From assembly GCA_965248195.1 (NCBI GenBank), contig CBDFIQ010000001.1:736001-800000 (forward strand): 64,000 nucleotides of DNA, given 5' to 3'. The translations under genes were made by a program, and so were the position numbers. How positions within the stretch are numbered: the first letter of the stretch is position 1; each line of letters opens with the position of its first letter. The notes under the pieces were generated by a model, which worked only from the letters and a program-made list of their open reading frames with translations, was not told the DNA's origin and searched no databases. The DNA comes from Longimicrobiales bacterium. Lineage in GTDB: Bacteria; Gemmatimonadota; Gemmatimonadetes; Longimicrobiales; Gaopeijiaceae. Below are positions 17,856 through 26,771 of the stretch, in pieces.

Positions 17856-19486
17856 AGTGACCGCGTCCCCCCCTCGCAGGCGAAGGTCCAGCCGTGATCA
17901 CAGGCCCGGGCGTACAGGTCGGACTCCGGCATCTCCATCAGGTTCTGCCCCCCTTCGCGTAAGAGTAGTCGGAGGTCGATGATACGCGGGTCCGCCCGGC
18001 TAGGACTTCCCGGGTCCAGCACGTTGACGCATCCGGCCTGGAACCGGACTTCGCACGCCCTCGAGAAGTAGGCGTTCGCAAGCTCGGCGTCGGCCTCCAC
18101 GATCCGGCCCTCCATGTACTGTCCGCCTAGCTCATTACACGCCCATCCGGAGTTATCGCCGCAGTAGCTGGACTCCAGTTGGATCAGGCGATCGCACGCG
18201 TTTCGCCGCCCCTTATCACACGCCTGCTGCCAGAACGGCAGGCTGTCGCCGGGGTGCCGCCCATCGGTGCGCCCCATCGCCGTCATGGCGCCGAAAAAGA
18301 CCATCCACACGGCCATGTGGACCCAGTTGGCTCGCGCGGAAGCCCAGTCCGGTCGCCAACGACTCCACCGGGGACCCCGTTGAATGGCGCGTACCAAACC
18401 ATCGATCCTTTGCACGCTCAAATTCAGGAGCGGGACGCACAGAAGCTTGTCGTAGAAGGTCGGCACACCGAGGGCGCCGAGGAGTGCGTAGAGGCCAAAG
18501 ACACCCAAGCCGTACAACCCGCCGAAAATACTCTTACCGAGCGGAGTCCGCGGTGACGTCGACGGATCGGTCACGAGCAGGTGCAATCCGAGAAATACGG
18601 CCGAGGGGATCTCGGAGTCAACGAAGTAGGGGACGCCCGTGACCGCCCCATACAGAGCGCTCAGGCTGAACAGCATGATGGCTGCGGACCCGGCGACCAA
18701 CGTGATCGAAAAAAAGTACATCACGATCAGGCCGATCAAAAATAGAAACGAGTAGATATTGGGAGCGAGGGTCAACGTCGAGGCGATCTCCTGCCCCCAG
18801 GTCAGGTCGGTCGTGTTCGTGGCAATCAGTACCAGCGAGAACAGCCCCAAGGAGAAGGCGGAGGGGTTGAAGATGTGCACCCTTTTCCCGTCACGTTGCC
18901 ACCGCACGAACTCCTTGCCCATGAAACCGACCGCGAGCATGAGGAACTGCAGGTAGAACCAGTCGTCCCGGAACCAAAGGAACAAATTCGTGCTGAGGAT
19001 GATGGGAAACGGTCCGAAGCCGAGCACATAGCTGTCGCGCCGGGTCCAGGCCAGCAGCATGTCGAAGGCGTAGGCGAAGACCAACTGCGCCAGAAGGAGC
19101 CAGGCGAAGTCATACACGGGCCGCCAGAACCATCCCCAGTACGCGAACACCGCTACTTGAACGAGCGCCTGCAGGTAATGCTGCGGGCGCAGTACGGTGC
19201 TGAGCGACCGACCCTCGGACGCACCCTTCACCCGCAAAAAGAGGGCCACCTGCCATACGAGCAGCACCATGGCCGCACCCCAAAAAGAACGTGCGAGAAT
19301 CGGGTTGCCCGACACACGGGGAACGAACGAGAGCAGGGCGAGGCCCAGCGTCAGCGCCAACGGCACCCAGAACACTCGACGAGACGAAGACTCCGCGGTC
19401 GAGCCCTGCTGGATACCGTCGGTGCCTCGTTGCGTCCTCTGTGGTCGGCGCCCTTGATGAGCACGCCGTCGTCGTGCGGATGCCAT
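17852..19486 (-). CDS. RnfD/NqrB (UnbU)-like polytopic membrane protein with C-terminal Cys-rich Sel1-like repeats
   Basis: Many TM segments, HIFNPSAF and TDPSTSP motifs. C-terminal ACNELG...YFSRAC...AGC repeats. Confidence 0.7.
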   Translation of the reverse strand: MASARRRRAHQGRRPQRTQRGTDGIQQGSTAESSSRRVFWVPLALTLGLALLSFVPRVSGNPILARSFWGAAMVLLVWQVALFLRVKGASEGRSLSTVLRPQHYLQALVQVAVFAYWGWFWRPVYDFAWLLLAQLVFAYAFDMLLAWTRRDSYVLGFGPFPIILSTNLFLWFRDDWFYLQFLMLAVGFMGKEFVRWQRDGKRVHIFNPSAFSLGLFSLVLIATNTTDLTWGQEIASTLTLAPNIYSFLFLIGLIVMYFFSITLVAGSAAIMLFSLSALYGAVTGVPYFVDSEIPSAVFLGLHLLVTDPSTSPRTPLGKSIFGGLYGLGVFGLYALLGALGVPTFYDKLLCVPLLNLSVQRIDGLVRAIQRGPRWSRWRPDWASARANWVHMAVWMVFFGAMTAMGRTDGRHPGDSLPFWQQACDKGRRNACDRLIQLESSYCGDNSGWACNELGGQYMEGRIVEADAELANAYFSRACEVRFQAGCVNVLDPGSPSRADPRIIDLRLLLREGGQNLMEMPESDLYARACDHGWTFACEGGTRSL

Positions 19487-19624
19487 CGGTTTTTGTCGGA
19501 ACCCTGGGTGCTCTAGGGCGGGGGATGCGTAATCGGGCGCTTCACAGTGAGCCTGCGCGGCTCGGGAGGCAAGACGGATGGAAGAGCCGGCTCGGACACC
19601 ACCGAGGACACGGTGAGGTCAGGA

Positions 19625-20080
19625 TCAGTTGTTCAGTGCCCCGTTATTGATCCAGTTCCGGACAATCGTGATATCGACGTTACGGAGCGGAGAGCCGATC
19701 GGCATCCTCGACCCTACGCTTTGACGACCTTCCAGCCTAATCACCAGGTAACTGTTCTCGGCGTCGCCGGGCTTGACGAGCAAGAATCCCGGCTCGGACT
19801 GTGCAGGCATGTTCACGAGATTCGTGTAGTTCGTACGAAAGTCGTTGTTCAGAAACAGACCGGCCTGTCCCGCATTAGCGGAGTGACAGCCCGAGTCGGC
19901 GCACGCCCTAGCTTCCAGGATGAACTGAATGTCCTGAGCAAACGACGGATTTGTCTCGGTCACCTCAACCATCGTATCACCAGTTCCGCTCGGAGCCGTG
20001 GGCTCCCCGCCACCGCACGACGTGAGAAAACTCCCCAAGAAAAGCACGACAAAGATTCGACCATGGGTCATTTGGTGCAT
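19625..20080 (-). CDS. Lipoprotein with planctomycete-type cytochrome c-like domain (CX4CH)
   Basis: Lipobox LTSC, followed by SFAQDIQFIL..CADSGCH, VKPGDAENSYL, RMP and IVRNWINNGA. Confidence 0.7.
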   Translation of the reverse strand: MHQMTHGRIFVVLFLGSFLTSCGGGEPTAPSGTGDTMVEVTETNPSFAQDIQFILEARACADSGCHSANAGQAGLFLNNDFRTNYTNLVNMPAQSEPGFLLVKPGDAENSYLVIRLEGRQSVGSRMPIGSPLRNVDITIVRNWINNGALNN

Positions 20081-20190
20081 AGCTCGGTATGTGACCACAA
20101 CAACGATTCCGTATACAAGGTGGCCGATGAGGCTGTTCCCGGGGAACGCGACGGGGATGGGCGCGGACCGACGTGCCGGTCCCGGCCAGA

Positions 20191-20733
20191 TCAGTCGGGT
20201 GCGGAGTACTTGGCCACGAGCCTACGGACCGTCGTCATGTTACGCATGGTCGTTGGCGCACCTCCCGTCATTTTGGCCAGATCCATACCGAAGAGGGGTG
20301 ACTCGCTGAGCTTGACATCTATGAGCCAGTACGCTTCACGACCGGCAAATTCGAATTTGTCCGTATCGGTGCCGAGATCCTCGAGGCTCCGCCGTAACTC
20401 GGCGTCAGCCGCCTCCCGCATGAAGATCACGTACACGGACTGGTCGGTCGAGGTTGGCTCTCTCGGCTCGAAGGCGGCTATTGAGTCGAGCTCGGACTGG
20501 GACCGAATGAAGGTCGTGACCTCGTAGCCGAGGGCCGCGTGTAGATGATGGGCAATCTGCTCCTCCATGGCATCGACGTCGTGCGACGGCGAGGAAAAGA
20601 TCACGTTGCCACTGGCGATGAAGGTCTCGACCTGCGCGAACCCCAGCGCCTCGATGAGCTCCCGAAGCTGGTCCATCTTGATTCTATGGCCTCCGACGTT
20701 GATCCCGCGGAGGAGGGCGAAGTAGCGCGGCAT
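20191..20733 (-). CDS. DUF1697 family protein
   Basis: YFALLRGINVGG, VETFIASGNV and TMRNMTTV. Confidence 0.9.
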   Translation of the reverse strand: MPRYFALLRGINVGGHRIKMDQLRELIEALGFAQVETFIASGNVIFSSPSHDVDAMEEQIAHHLHAALGYEVTTFIRSQSELDSIAAFEPREPTSTDQSVYVIFMREAADAELRRSLEDLGTDTDKFEFAGREAYWLIDVKLSESPLFGMDLAKMTGGAPTTMRNMTTVRRLVAKYSAPD

Positions 20734-20922
20734 GGCAGTGGGCCTACGCCCGTCTTGAGTGACCCCTCTAACTCACGATTCTGGGACGCGAACACGTTGG
20801 TAAGCCCAATCGAACAGCGCAAGCGGAGTGGCTCGGAGTTTCGGAATCGTACCGGCACCCTACTTTCGGTCTACTCGATCGACCATTTCCAGACCGGCCG
20901 AACAGAAGGGCGGAGGAGCACG

Positions 20923-21576
20923 ATGACCACATCCTTGATCTCCGTGAACGTGGGCCTTCCAAAAACCGTCGAGTGGCGGGACCAACCTGTCACCACCGGC
21001 ATCTTCAAGAGTCCGGTGGACGGCCCCGTCGCTCTGCGCAAACACAATCTAGAAGGAGACCAGCAGGCCGACCTGACCGTCCACGGCGGACCCACCAAAG
21101 CGGTGTACGTCTACCCCACCCAACACTATGACTACTGGGGCAGGGAGTTGCCTGATGTGGAGTTCGGGTGGGGCCATTTCGGCGAAAATTTCAGCGTCGG
21201 CGGCATGGACGAGGAAACGATTTGCATCGGCGACGAGTTCAGCGTGGGCACGGCCCGGGTGGTGGTGACCGAGCCGCGCATGCCGTGCTTCAAGTTGAGC
21301 GTTCGCTTCGGCCGGGCCGATATGCCGAAACGGTTTCTCCAGAGTCGGCGGAGCGGCTTCTATTTTGGCGTGGTGGAGGAGGGACAGGTCCAGGCGGGCG
21401 ATGCCCTTGAGCTGCTCTTGAAGCATCCCGACGGGTTATCGGTCGCCGACGTCACGGGGTTGTACACTACCGAGAGGGGGAACGTAGCACTCTTGAAAAA
21501 GGCAATCGCGGTAACCGCGTTACCCGAGAGTTGGACCGGGTACTTCGAGCACCAACTTCAGAGGTTGGAATCGTAG
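20923..21576 (+). CDS. MOSC-domain protein (YiiM-like)
   Basis: SVNVG, TGIFK, GDQQADLTVHGG, FGENF and PRMPCFKL. RBS ggagga precedes the ATG at 20923. Confidence 0.9.
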   Translation: MTTSLISVNVGLPKTVEWRDQPVTTGIFKSPVDGPVALRKHNLEGDQQADLTVHGGPTKAVYVYPTQHYDYWGRELPDVEFGWGHFGENFSVGGMDEETICIGDEFSVGTARVVVTEPRMPCFKLSVRFGRADMPKRFLQSRRSGFYFGVVEEGQVQAGDALELLLKHPDGLSVADVTGLYTTERGNVALLKKAIAVTALPESWTGYFEHQLQRLES

Positions 21577-21670
21577 CGACCCCCGAGGTCTCGCCGGCAC
21601 TTCAGCTGACTTAGAGCCGTCTTTTTCATCCCACCGCCCCCATGGATTTCTGGGTCGCGGACCCGCCCTC

Positions 21671-22000
21671 TCACCCACTAACTCGATCGGACGAGTCTCT
21701 CGCGTCGACCTCCCACTCCCCAATGGTGGTCGCGTCCCTCACTGAGGTCTCGAAGAGCCGCCCCCTGATCTCCCGATAGGTTTCATCGTCGAAGAATCGG
21801 TCCTGGGCCTGGCGATTCGGAAAGTAGATGATGAAGACGCGGTTGATTTCGTGCCCGGCTGAGTTGCTTAAGGTCTTGGCGATCGTGAAGTCATAACGAA
21901 ACCCACCGCCGATTCGCTCCAGCAACGGGGACATGGCGTCTCGGTAGGCTTGGTATCCATTATTGTCCGCAACGTCCAACCCCATCAGTCTCTCTATCAT
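21671..22000 (-). CDS. DUF1330-like small ferredoxin-fold protein
   Basis: YQAYR..M.PLL...GG, RVFIIYFP and FF.DETYREIR. Confidence 0.7.
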   Translation of the reverse strand: MIERLMGLDVADNNGYQAYRDAMSPLLERIGGGFRYDFTIAKTLSNSAGHEINRVFIIYFPNRQAQDRFFDDETYREIRGRLFETSVRDATTIGEWEVDARDSSDRVSG

Positions 22001-22133
22001 GGACTCATCTCCAGGTTGTTCGAGTGGATGTCGCCGCCCCGTGTTGGGTGGCGGCTGCCGACTGCTCTGACAAGCAAAGTGACCCTTTCCAAGCGAGTCC
22101 CGCGAGGTGCACTGGCTGAAACGAGGACCGGTA

Positions 22134-23114
22134 ATGGAAATGATGCGCGCGTTCGTGATCGAAGAGCCCGGCGGCCCCGAAAAGCTCGAGCTTCGAGAAA
22201 TCCCCCGACCCCAGCCTCGCGACGGGTGGATCTTGATTCAAAACCGGGCGTTCGGGCTCAACCGATCAGAGTGGTTCACACGACGGGGGCAGTCGCCCAC
22301 AGTGCAGTTTCCCCGCGTGCTCGGCATCGAATGCGTCGGTGAGGTGGTTTCGGCGCCTGGCTCCGACCTGTCCCGTGGGATGCGAGTCGCGGCGATGATG
22401 GGTGGGATGGGGCGAGAGTTCGACGGCTCCTACGCCGAGTATGTCCTCGTTCCACGGCAGCACGTGTTCCCACTGGAAAAGAACCTGGATTGGAAGGTCC
22501 TGGGAGCGCTGCCCGAGATGCTGCAGACCGTCCATGGCTCTCTCCATATCGGCCTCGAGATCGAGCGCGCAGAAAACCTCCTCGTGCGAGGCGGGACTTC
22601 GTCCATCGGCTTTGCCACTATCGCTGTCGCGGCAGCGGCGGGTCTCGAGCTTACGGCGACGACCAGAAGTGCGACTAAGGCCGACGAGCTCGTAGCCGCA
22701 GGAGCTACTCACGTGCTAGTGGATGACGGATCCATAGTGGACAAAGCCCGGGCGATCTACCCAAATGGTTTCGACCGGGTCCTCGAATTGGTGGGGACCA
22801 CGACATTGCTGGATTCTCTGCAGGCCGTACGACGAGGCGGTATCGTGTGCATGACCGGTATTCTTGGCGGCGAGTGGATCCTACCGGAATTCAGCCCAAT
22901 GGCCGATGTGCCAACCGGCGTAAAGTTGACCTCATACGCCGGTGAGTCGTCCGATCTCACACCCGCGCAGCTTCAAGATTATGTCTCCCTCGTCGAGTCT
23001 GGTGAGCTCAAGCCCAAGCTCGGACCGAGCTTTCCTTTCGAGAAGCTCCGGGAAGCGCACACCATCATGGACAAGAACATGGCCAGTGGGAAGATCGTCA
23101 TGGAAATTGTCTGA
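22134..23114 (+). CDS. MDR-family NADPH:quinone oxidoreductase / alcohol dehydrogenase-like
   Basis: AFGLNRSE, PRVLGIECVG, DGSYAEY, RGGTSSIG and GKIV. Confidence 0.88.
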   Translation: MEMMRAFVIEEPGGPEKLELREIPRPQPRDGWILIQNRAFGLNRSEWFTRRGQSPTVQFPRVLGIECVGEVVSAPGSDLSRGMRVAAMMGGMGREFDGSYAEYVLVPRQHVFPLEKNLDWKVLGALPEMLQTVHGSLHIGLEIERAENLLVRGGTSSIGFATIAVAAAAGLELTATTRSATKADELVAAGATHVLVDDGSIVDKARAIYPNGFDRVLELVGTTTLLDSLQAVRRGGIVCMTGILGGEWILPEFSPMADVPTGVKLTSYAGESSDLTPAQLQDYVSLVESGELKPKLGPSFPFEKLREAHTIMDKNMASGKIVMEIV

Positions 23115-23165
23115 CCGACTTGCCTCCCTATGCGCAAAGGATAACGAAAACAAAACCACAGGTTC

Positions 23166-24752
23166 CTAGCGCAGGGCTTCCGTCGCTGACAGCAACTCCC
23201 TCGCCCGCACCGCCGGAACGCCCAGGTTCGATCCCCCGAACTCCGGGAGGATGGCCGAGTTGATCGCTACCACCTGGCCGTCCAGCGACAGCACCGGACC
23301 GCCACTTCCTCCACTGGTGGTTTCGGCATCGTAGACGACGTTCTGCGTCGTCACCTGCCCGACGATGCCCCTACTCGCCAGCGGCGTGACGTACCCGGCT
23401 CGCGACAGCCGCTCGGCGACCTCCCAGAAGTCCGTGACGCCGGCTTCGCCCAGGCCTTCCACGAACTCGGGGCTGGTGCGGGCCATGAGTGCCCTGATCC
23501 CAAGGGGGTAGCCGATGACAAGGACGGCCTCACCCGGCTCGGGCGGCCCCTCGGCCAGCGGTAGGTAGTCGGCTTCGCCACTGATTATGCAGCACAGCAG
23601 GGCCAGATCGGCCTCATCACTCGCCAGGACCAGCTCCAGATCGAAGCGCCCAGCCACCCCGGGGAGGTAGCCGACGAAGCGCGTCATCCTTCCGTCGAAG
23701 CCCTGGGCGAGCAGGGCCCCGGCGGTGGTGTTGAACTCCCAGGGGCTCGCGACGTGCCTGTTCGTGAGCACGAGTCCGTCCGGACTGACCACGAAGGCCG
23801 TGCCCGTGAGGAAGATCTCCAGGGGAGGTCCCTCGCCCTCCACGCTGATGGTCGGCTCGCCGGCTGCGTTCCTGATGGGCCGGCCACCCGGACCCAGGAC
23901 CAGACGCAGAGGACGGCTGCTCTCGAGCTGGACGAACCCATAGCTCCCCTGGACGAAGACCGTAGACCGGGAAGCCGTGCGGATCACCCGGGCCTCCGCT
24001 CCGCTCCGTTCCTCCAGTGCATCCAATCGATCCCGCGCCGTCGACACACTGGACTGGAGCTCGGCGAACAGGTCGCCGAGGTCTTCGGGCGTAAGGCCCT
24101 GCGTTCGAGCCCGCTCGAGCAGCTCGGCGAGTCCCTCCACCCGGGTCATCTCGTCGGCGAGCCGCTGCTCGAGTTGCGCGCTCCGGCGCGCCAGCAACAC
24201 CGTGCCGGATCCCAGCAGGATCAATACGGTCATCACGGCGAGGCGGAACCTACGAGTCGTCTGGGTCGCCAACTGCTTTGGGAGGTCGGTGAGGACCATG
24301 GCTGCCTTCCCCACGCGCCCCCGATCCGAGTTCCGAGCGCAGTCGAGGCAGTCGGAGAAGACCTGCGTCATCGTCTTGTAGGGTGCGACTCCGGCGTCGT
24401 ACACACGGTAGCGCAACACAGCGCCGTCCCGACCGAGCTCCAGGACGTCCCCCGAGGCCAGGGTGAACCGGCTCACCTGCTCGCCGTTGACCCAGACCTC
24501 GCTCCCGCCCTCCGCCACGACCTCGTGCGTGGCGCCCCGACAGCGCAGCGTCGCGTGGTGAGGCGCGGGAAGGGGCTCTGTATCGAGGGGCAGTCGCAGA
24601 TCCATCCCGGCCCCGGTGCCAATCTTGATCTCGTTCCCCGTAAGGGGGTGGGAGTGTCCCCGTCGGCTCCCCGAGAGATGGACGAGGACGGGCGTCGGCC
24701 GGGGCTCGCCCGGTTCGCTCTCCGTCGTCAGTCCTCGATGATCTATGTCCAC
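23166..24752 (-). CDS. FHA-like domain + TM + coiled coil + trypsin-like serine protease
   Basis: HHATL..VWVNG..L.SGDVLELG, then TNRHV, DLALL and GGSGGP. AGGAG RBS precedes the GTG at 24752. Confidence 0.8.
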   Translation of the reverse strand: MDIDHRGLTTESEPGEPRPTPVLVHLSGSRRGHSHPLTGNEIKIGTGAGMDLRLPLDTEPLPAPHHATLRCRGATHEVVAEGGSEVWVNGEQVSRFTLASGDVLELGRDGAVLRYRVYDAGVAPYKTMTQVFSDCLDCARNSDRGRVGKAAMVLTDLPKQLATQTTRRFRLAVMTVLILLGSGTVLLARRSAQLEQRLADEMTRVEGLAELLERARTQGLTPEDLGDLFAELQSSVSTARDRLDALEERSGAEARVIRTASRSTVFVQGSYGFVQLESSRPLRLVLGPGGRPIRNAAGEPTISVEGEGPPLEIFLTGTAFVVSPDGLVLTNRHVASPWEFNTTAGALLAQGFDGRMTRFVGYLPGVAGRFDLELVLASDEADLALLCCIISGEADYLPLAEGPPEPGEAVLVIGYPLGIRALMARTSPEFVEGLGEAGVTDFWEVAERLSRAGYVTPLASRGIVGQVTTQNVVYDAETTSGGSGGPVLSLDGQVVAINSAILPEFGGSNLGVPAVRARELLSATEALR

Positions 24753-24774
24753 GGGGTCCACTCCTGGCGGGCGC

Positions 24775-25209
24775 TCACAGGGCTTCGAAGGCAACGGAAT
24801 CGACCATGTGGACCGCATTCGCATGCGTCTTATGAACAGGACAGCGCTCCGCCACCTGCGCCAACCGCTTGCGTTGGGGCTCATCGAACGTTCCACGAAG
24901 CGTCACGTGCGATTGGATGCGCTCGATCCAGCCATCGGCACGCTCGTCACAGCCCACGCAGTCGTCGGCGTGCACGCGGTCGTACTCGACCTCGACCCGA
25001 ACCTCCTCGAGCGGGATTCCCTTGTGGTCGGCATAGAGCCGCAACGTGATCGTGATGCAGGCCGCGAGGCCTCCGAGCAGGATCTCGTACGGTGTGGGAC
25101 CGGTATTCGTGCCGCCGGCGCCGGTCGGCTCGTCGCCGAGCCAGGTGAAGTCGCGGGCCCGTATGGCTACCTGAGTGCCTTCACCAAGTACACCGGTCAC
25201 AACCGCCAT
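24775..25209 (-). CDS. OsmC-family protein
   Basis: DEP..AGGTNTGPTPYE, LAAC and AERCPVHKT. Confidence 0.88.
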   Translation of the reverse strand: MAVVTGVLGEGTQVAIRARDFTWLGDEPTGAGGTNTGPTPYEILLGGLAACITITLRLYADHKGIPLEEVRVEVEYDRVHADDCVGCDERADGWIERIQSHVTLRGTFDEPQRKRLAQVAERCPVHKTHANAVHMVDSVAFEAL

Positions 25210-25243
25210 TACCCGTTCCTCCCTGTCATCGTGGGTTTCGGCG

Positions 25244-26503
25244 CTACACATCCCGCTCGAGGATCATCGCCGACGCCTGAGCGCCCGCCGCACAGATGCT
25301 CACGAGCCCGTACCTCACCTTACGACGCTTCAGCTCGTTAGCCAACGTCGTGACGATGCGGACACCCGTTGCGGCAAACGGATGGCCGACCGCAATGGAG
25401 CTTCCGAGCTGGTTCAGCTTGTTCCGATCGACTGCTCCGATCGCTGGCTCCTTCCACCCCTGCTCCCACGCTCGCAGGTTGCACGCGACCTGTCCGCCGA
25501 ACGCCTCGTGCATCTCGATCAGGTCCAGATCGGAAAGCGTGAGGCCGGTGCGCTTTAGGAGCCGCGGCACCGCGACGCCCGGACCCATGAGCAGGCCATC
25601 CTTCGGGTCGATCGCCACGTACTCGAAATCCTTCACGAACGCGAGAGGTTCATGGCCCTCGCGGCGGGCTCGATCCTCTGACATGAGCAACACCGCAGCC
25701 GCCCCATCCGTCAGCGGGCTCGAGTTCCCTGCGGTGAGCGTCCCGGTGGGACTGCGATCGAACACCGGCGGCAGCTTGGCCAGCTTTTCCATCGAGGTGT
25801 CGGCCCTGATGAACAGGTCGTGATCGAACCCATCGAGGGGGTGGATCTCGGCCTTCAGACGGCCGTCTTCCATCGCTCGGTGCGCGTTCATATGACTACG
25901 AAACGCGATCTCGTCCTGCTCCTCACGCGGAATCTTCCACTCCTTGACCATGAGTTCGGTGTGCTCGCCCATGGACAAGCCGGTGGACGGCTCCTGGACG
26001 CCCGGAGCGTGAGGCTTGAAGTCCCCGGGGCGCAGTCGTGCCAAGAGGCGGAGACGCTGCCCGAATGTCTTGGCCGCTGCGGCGTCGAGGAAGATGCGAC
26101 TCGCTCGTTTGCCGAACAGCAGCGCCGGGTTGGACATCGACTCTACCCCGCCCGCGATTCCGATCTCGGCGCGGCCGGCAACGATCGAGTCGGCGATCGC
26201 AGTAATTGCCGACGTGCCCGTGATGCAGTTGTTCGTGAGGGTGAGTGCCTGCACCCCGGCCGGTAGATCGCTGGAGAAGACAATGTCCTTCGCGAGGTGG
26301 GGGATCCGCGCGTCGACCACGGTGATCCCGAACGCCAGCTCCCCGACCGACTGCGGATCGAGGCTCTGCTTCGCCACCAAGCCGTCCACTGCGTGAACGC
26401 CCAGGTCGAGCGCCGAGTGCTTGCGGAACACGGTGCCCGCCCTGGCGAACGGCGTGCGTGCACCGCCCACCACCGCCACTCGAATCGATCTGTCGTGCGT
26501 CAT
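25244..26503 (-). CDS. Acetyl-CoA C-acyltransferase (thiolase, FadI-like)
   Basis: GARTPF, NNCITG, GNSSPLTDGA, HEAF, GHPFAATG and ICAAG. Confidence 0.92.
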   Translation of the reverse strand: MTHDRSIRVAVVGGARTPFARAGTVFRKHSALDLGVHAVDGLVAKQSLDPQSVGELAFGITVVDARIPHLAKDIVFSSDLPAGVQALTLTNNCITGTSAITAIADSIVAGRAEIGIAGGVESMSNPALLFGKRASRIFLDAAAAKTFGQRLRLLARLRPGDFKPHAPGVQEPSTGLSMGEHTELMVKEWKIPREEQDEIAFRSHMNAHRAMEDGRLKAEIHPLDGFDHDLFIRADTSMEKLAKLPPVFDRSPTGTLTAGNSSPLTDGAAAVLLMSEDRARREGHEPLAFVKDFEYVAIDPKDGLLMGPGVAVPRLLKRTGLTLSDLDLIEMHEAFGGQVACNLRAWEQGWKEPAIGAVDRNKLNQLGSSIAVGHPFAATGVRIVTTLANELKRRKVRYGLVSICAAGAQASAMILERDV

Positions 26504-26524
26504 GAAGGATCGCTCCTCTCCGTC

Positions 26525-26771
26525 CTAGAGTGTTATGACCACAGGCGTCATCGGCTTGGAGCAACAGATCAAGACGGAGCCGTCATCGGGCAGGTCGAGG
26601 GGCTCGATGACGTACTCGACGTCACCCTCCTCGACCCTACCAATGCAGGTCTGACAAACCCCTGACCGGCAGCTGTAGTCGGGACTCAGGCCATTCGCCT
26701 CCGCCAGGTCCAGGATGCTCTCGAACGACGGGTTCCAGTTCGCACGAACCCCTGAGGTCGAGAACGTGACC
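26525..26771 (-). pseudogene. 2Fe-2S ferredoxin, 3' portion, cut off by IS256
   Basis: VTFSTSG..SILDLAE..YSCRSGVCQTC..LICC. The frame runs into the IS end at 26772. Confidence 0.8.
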
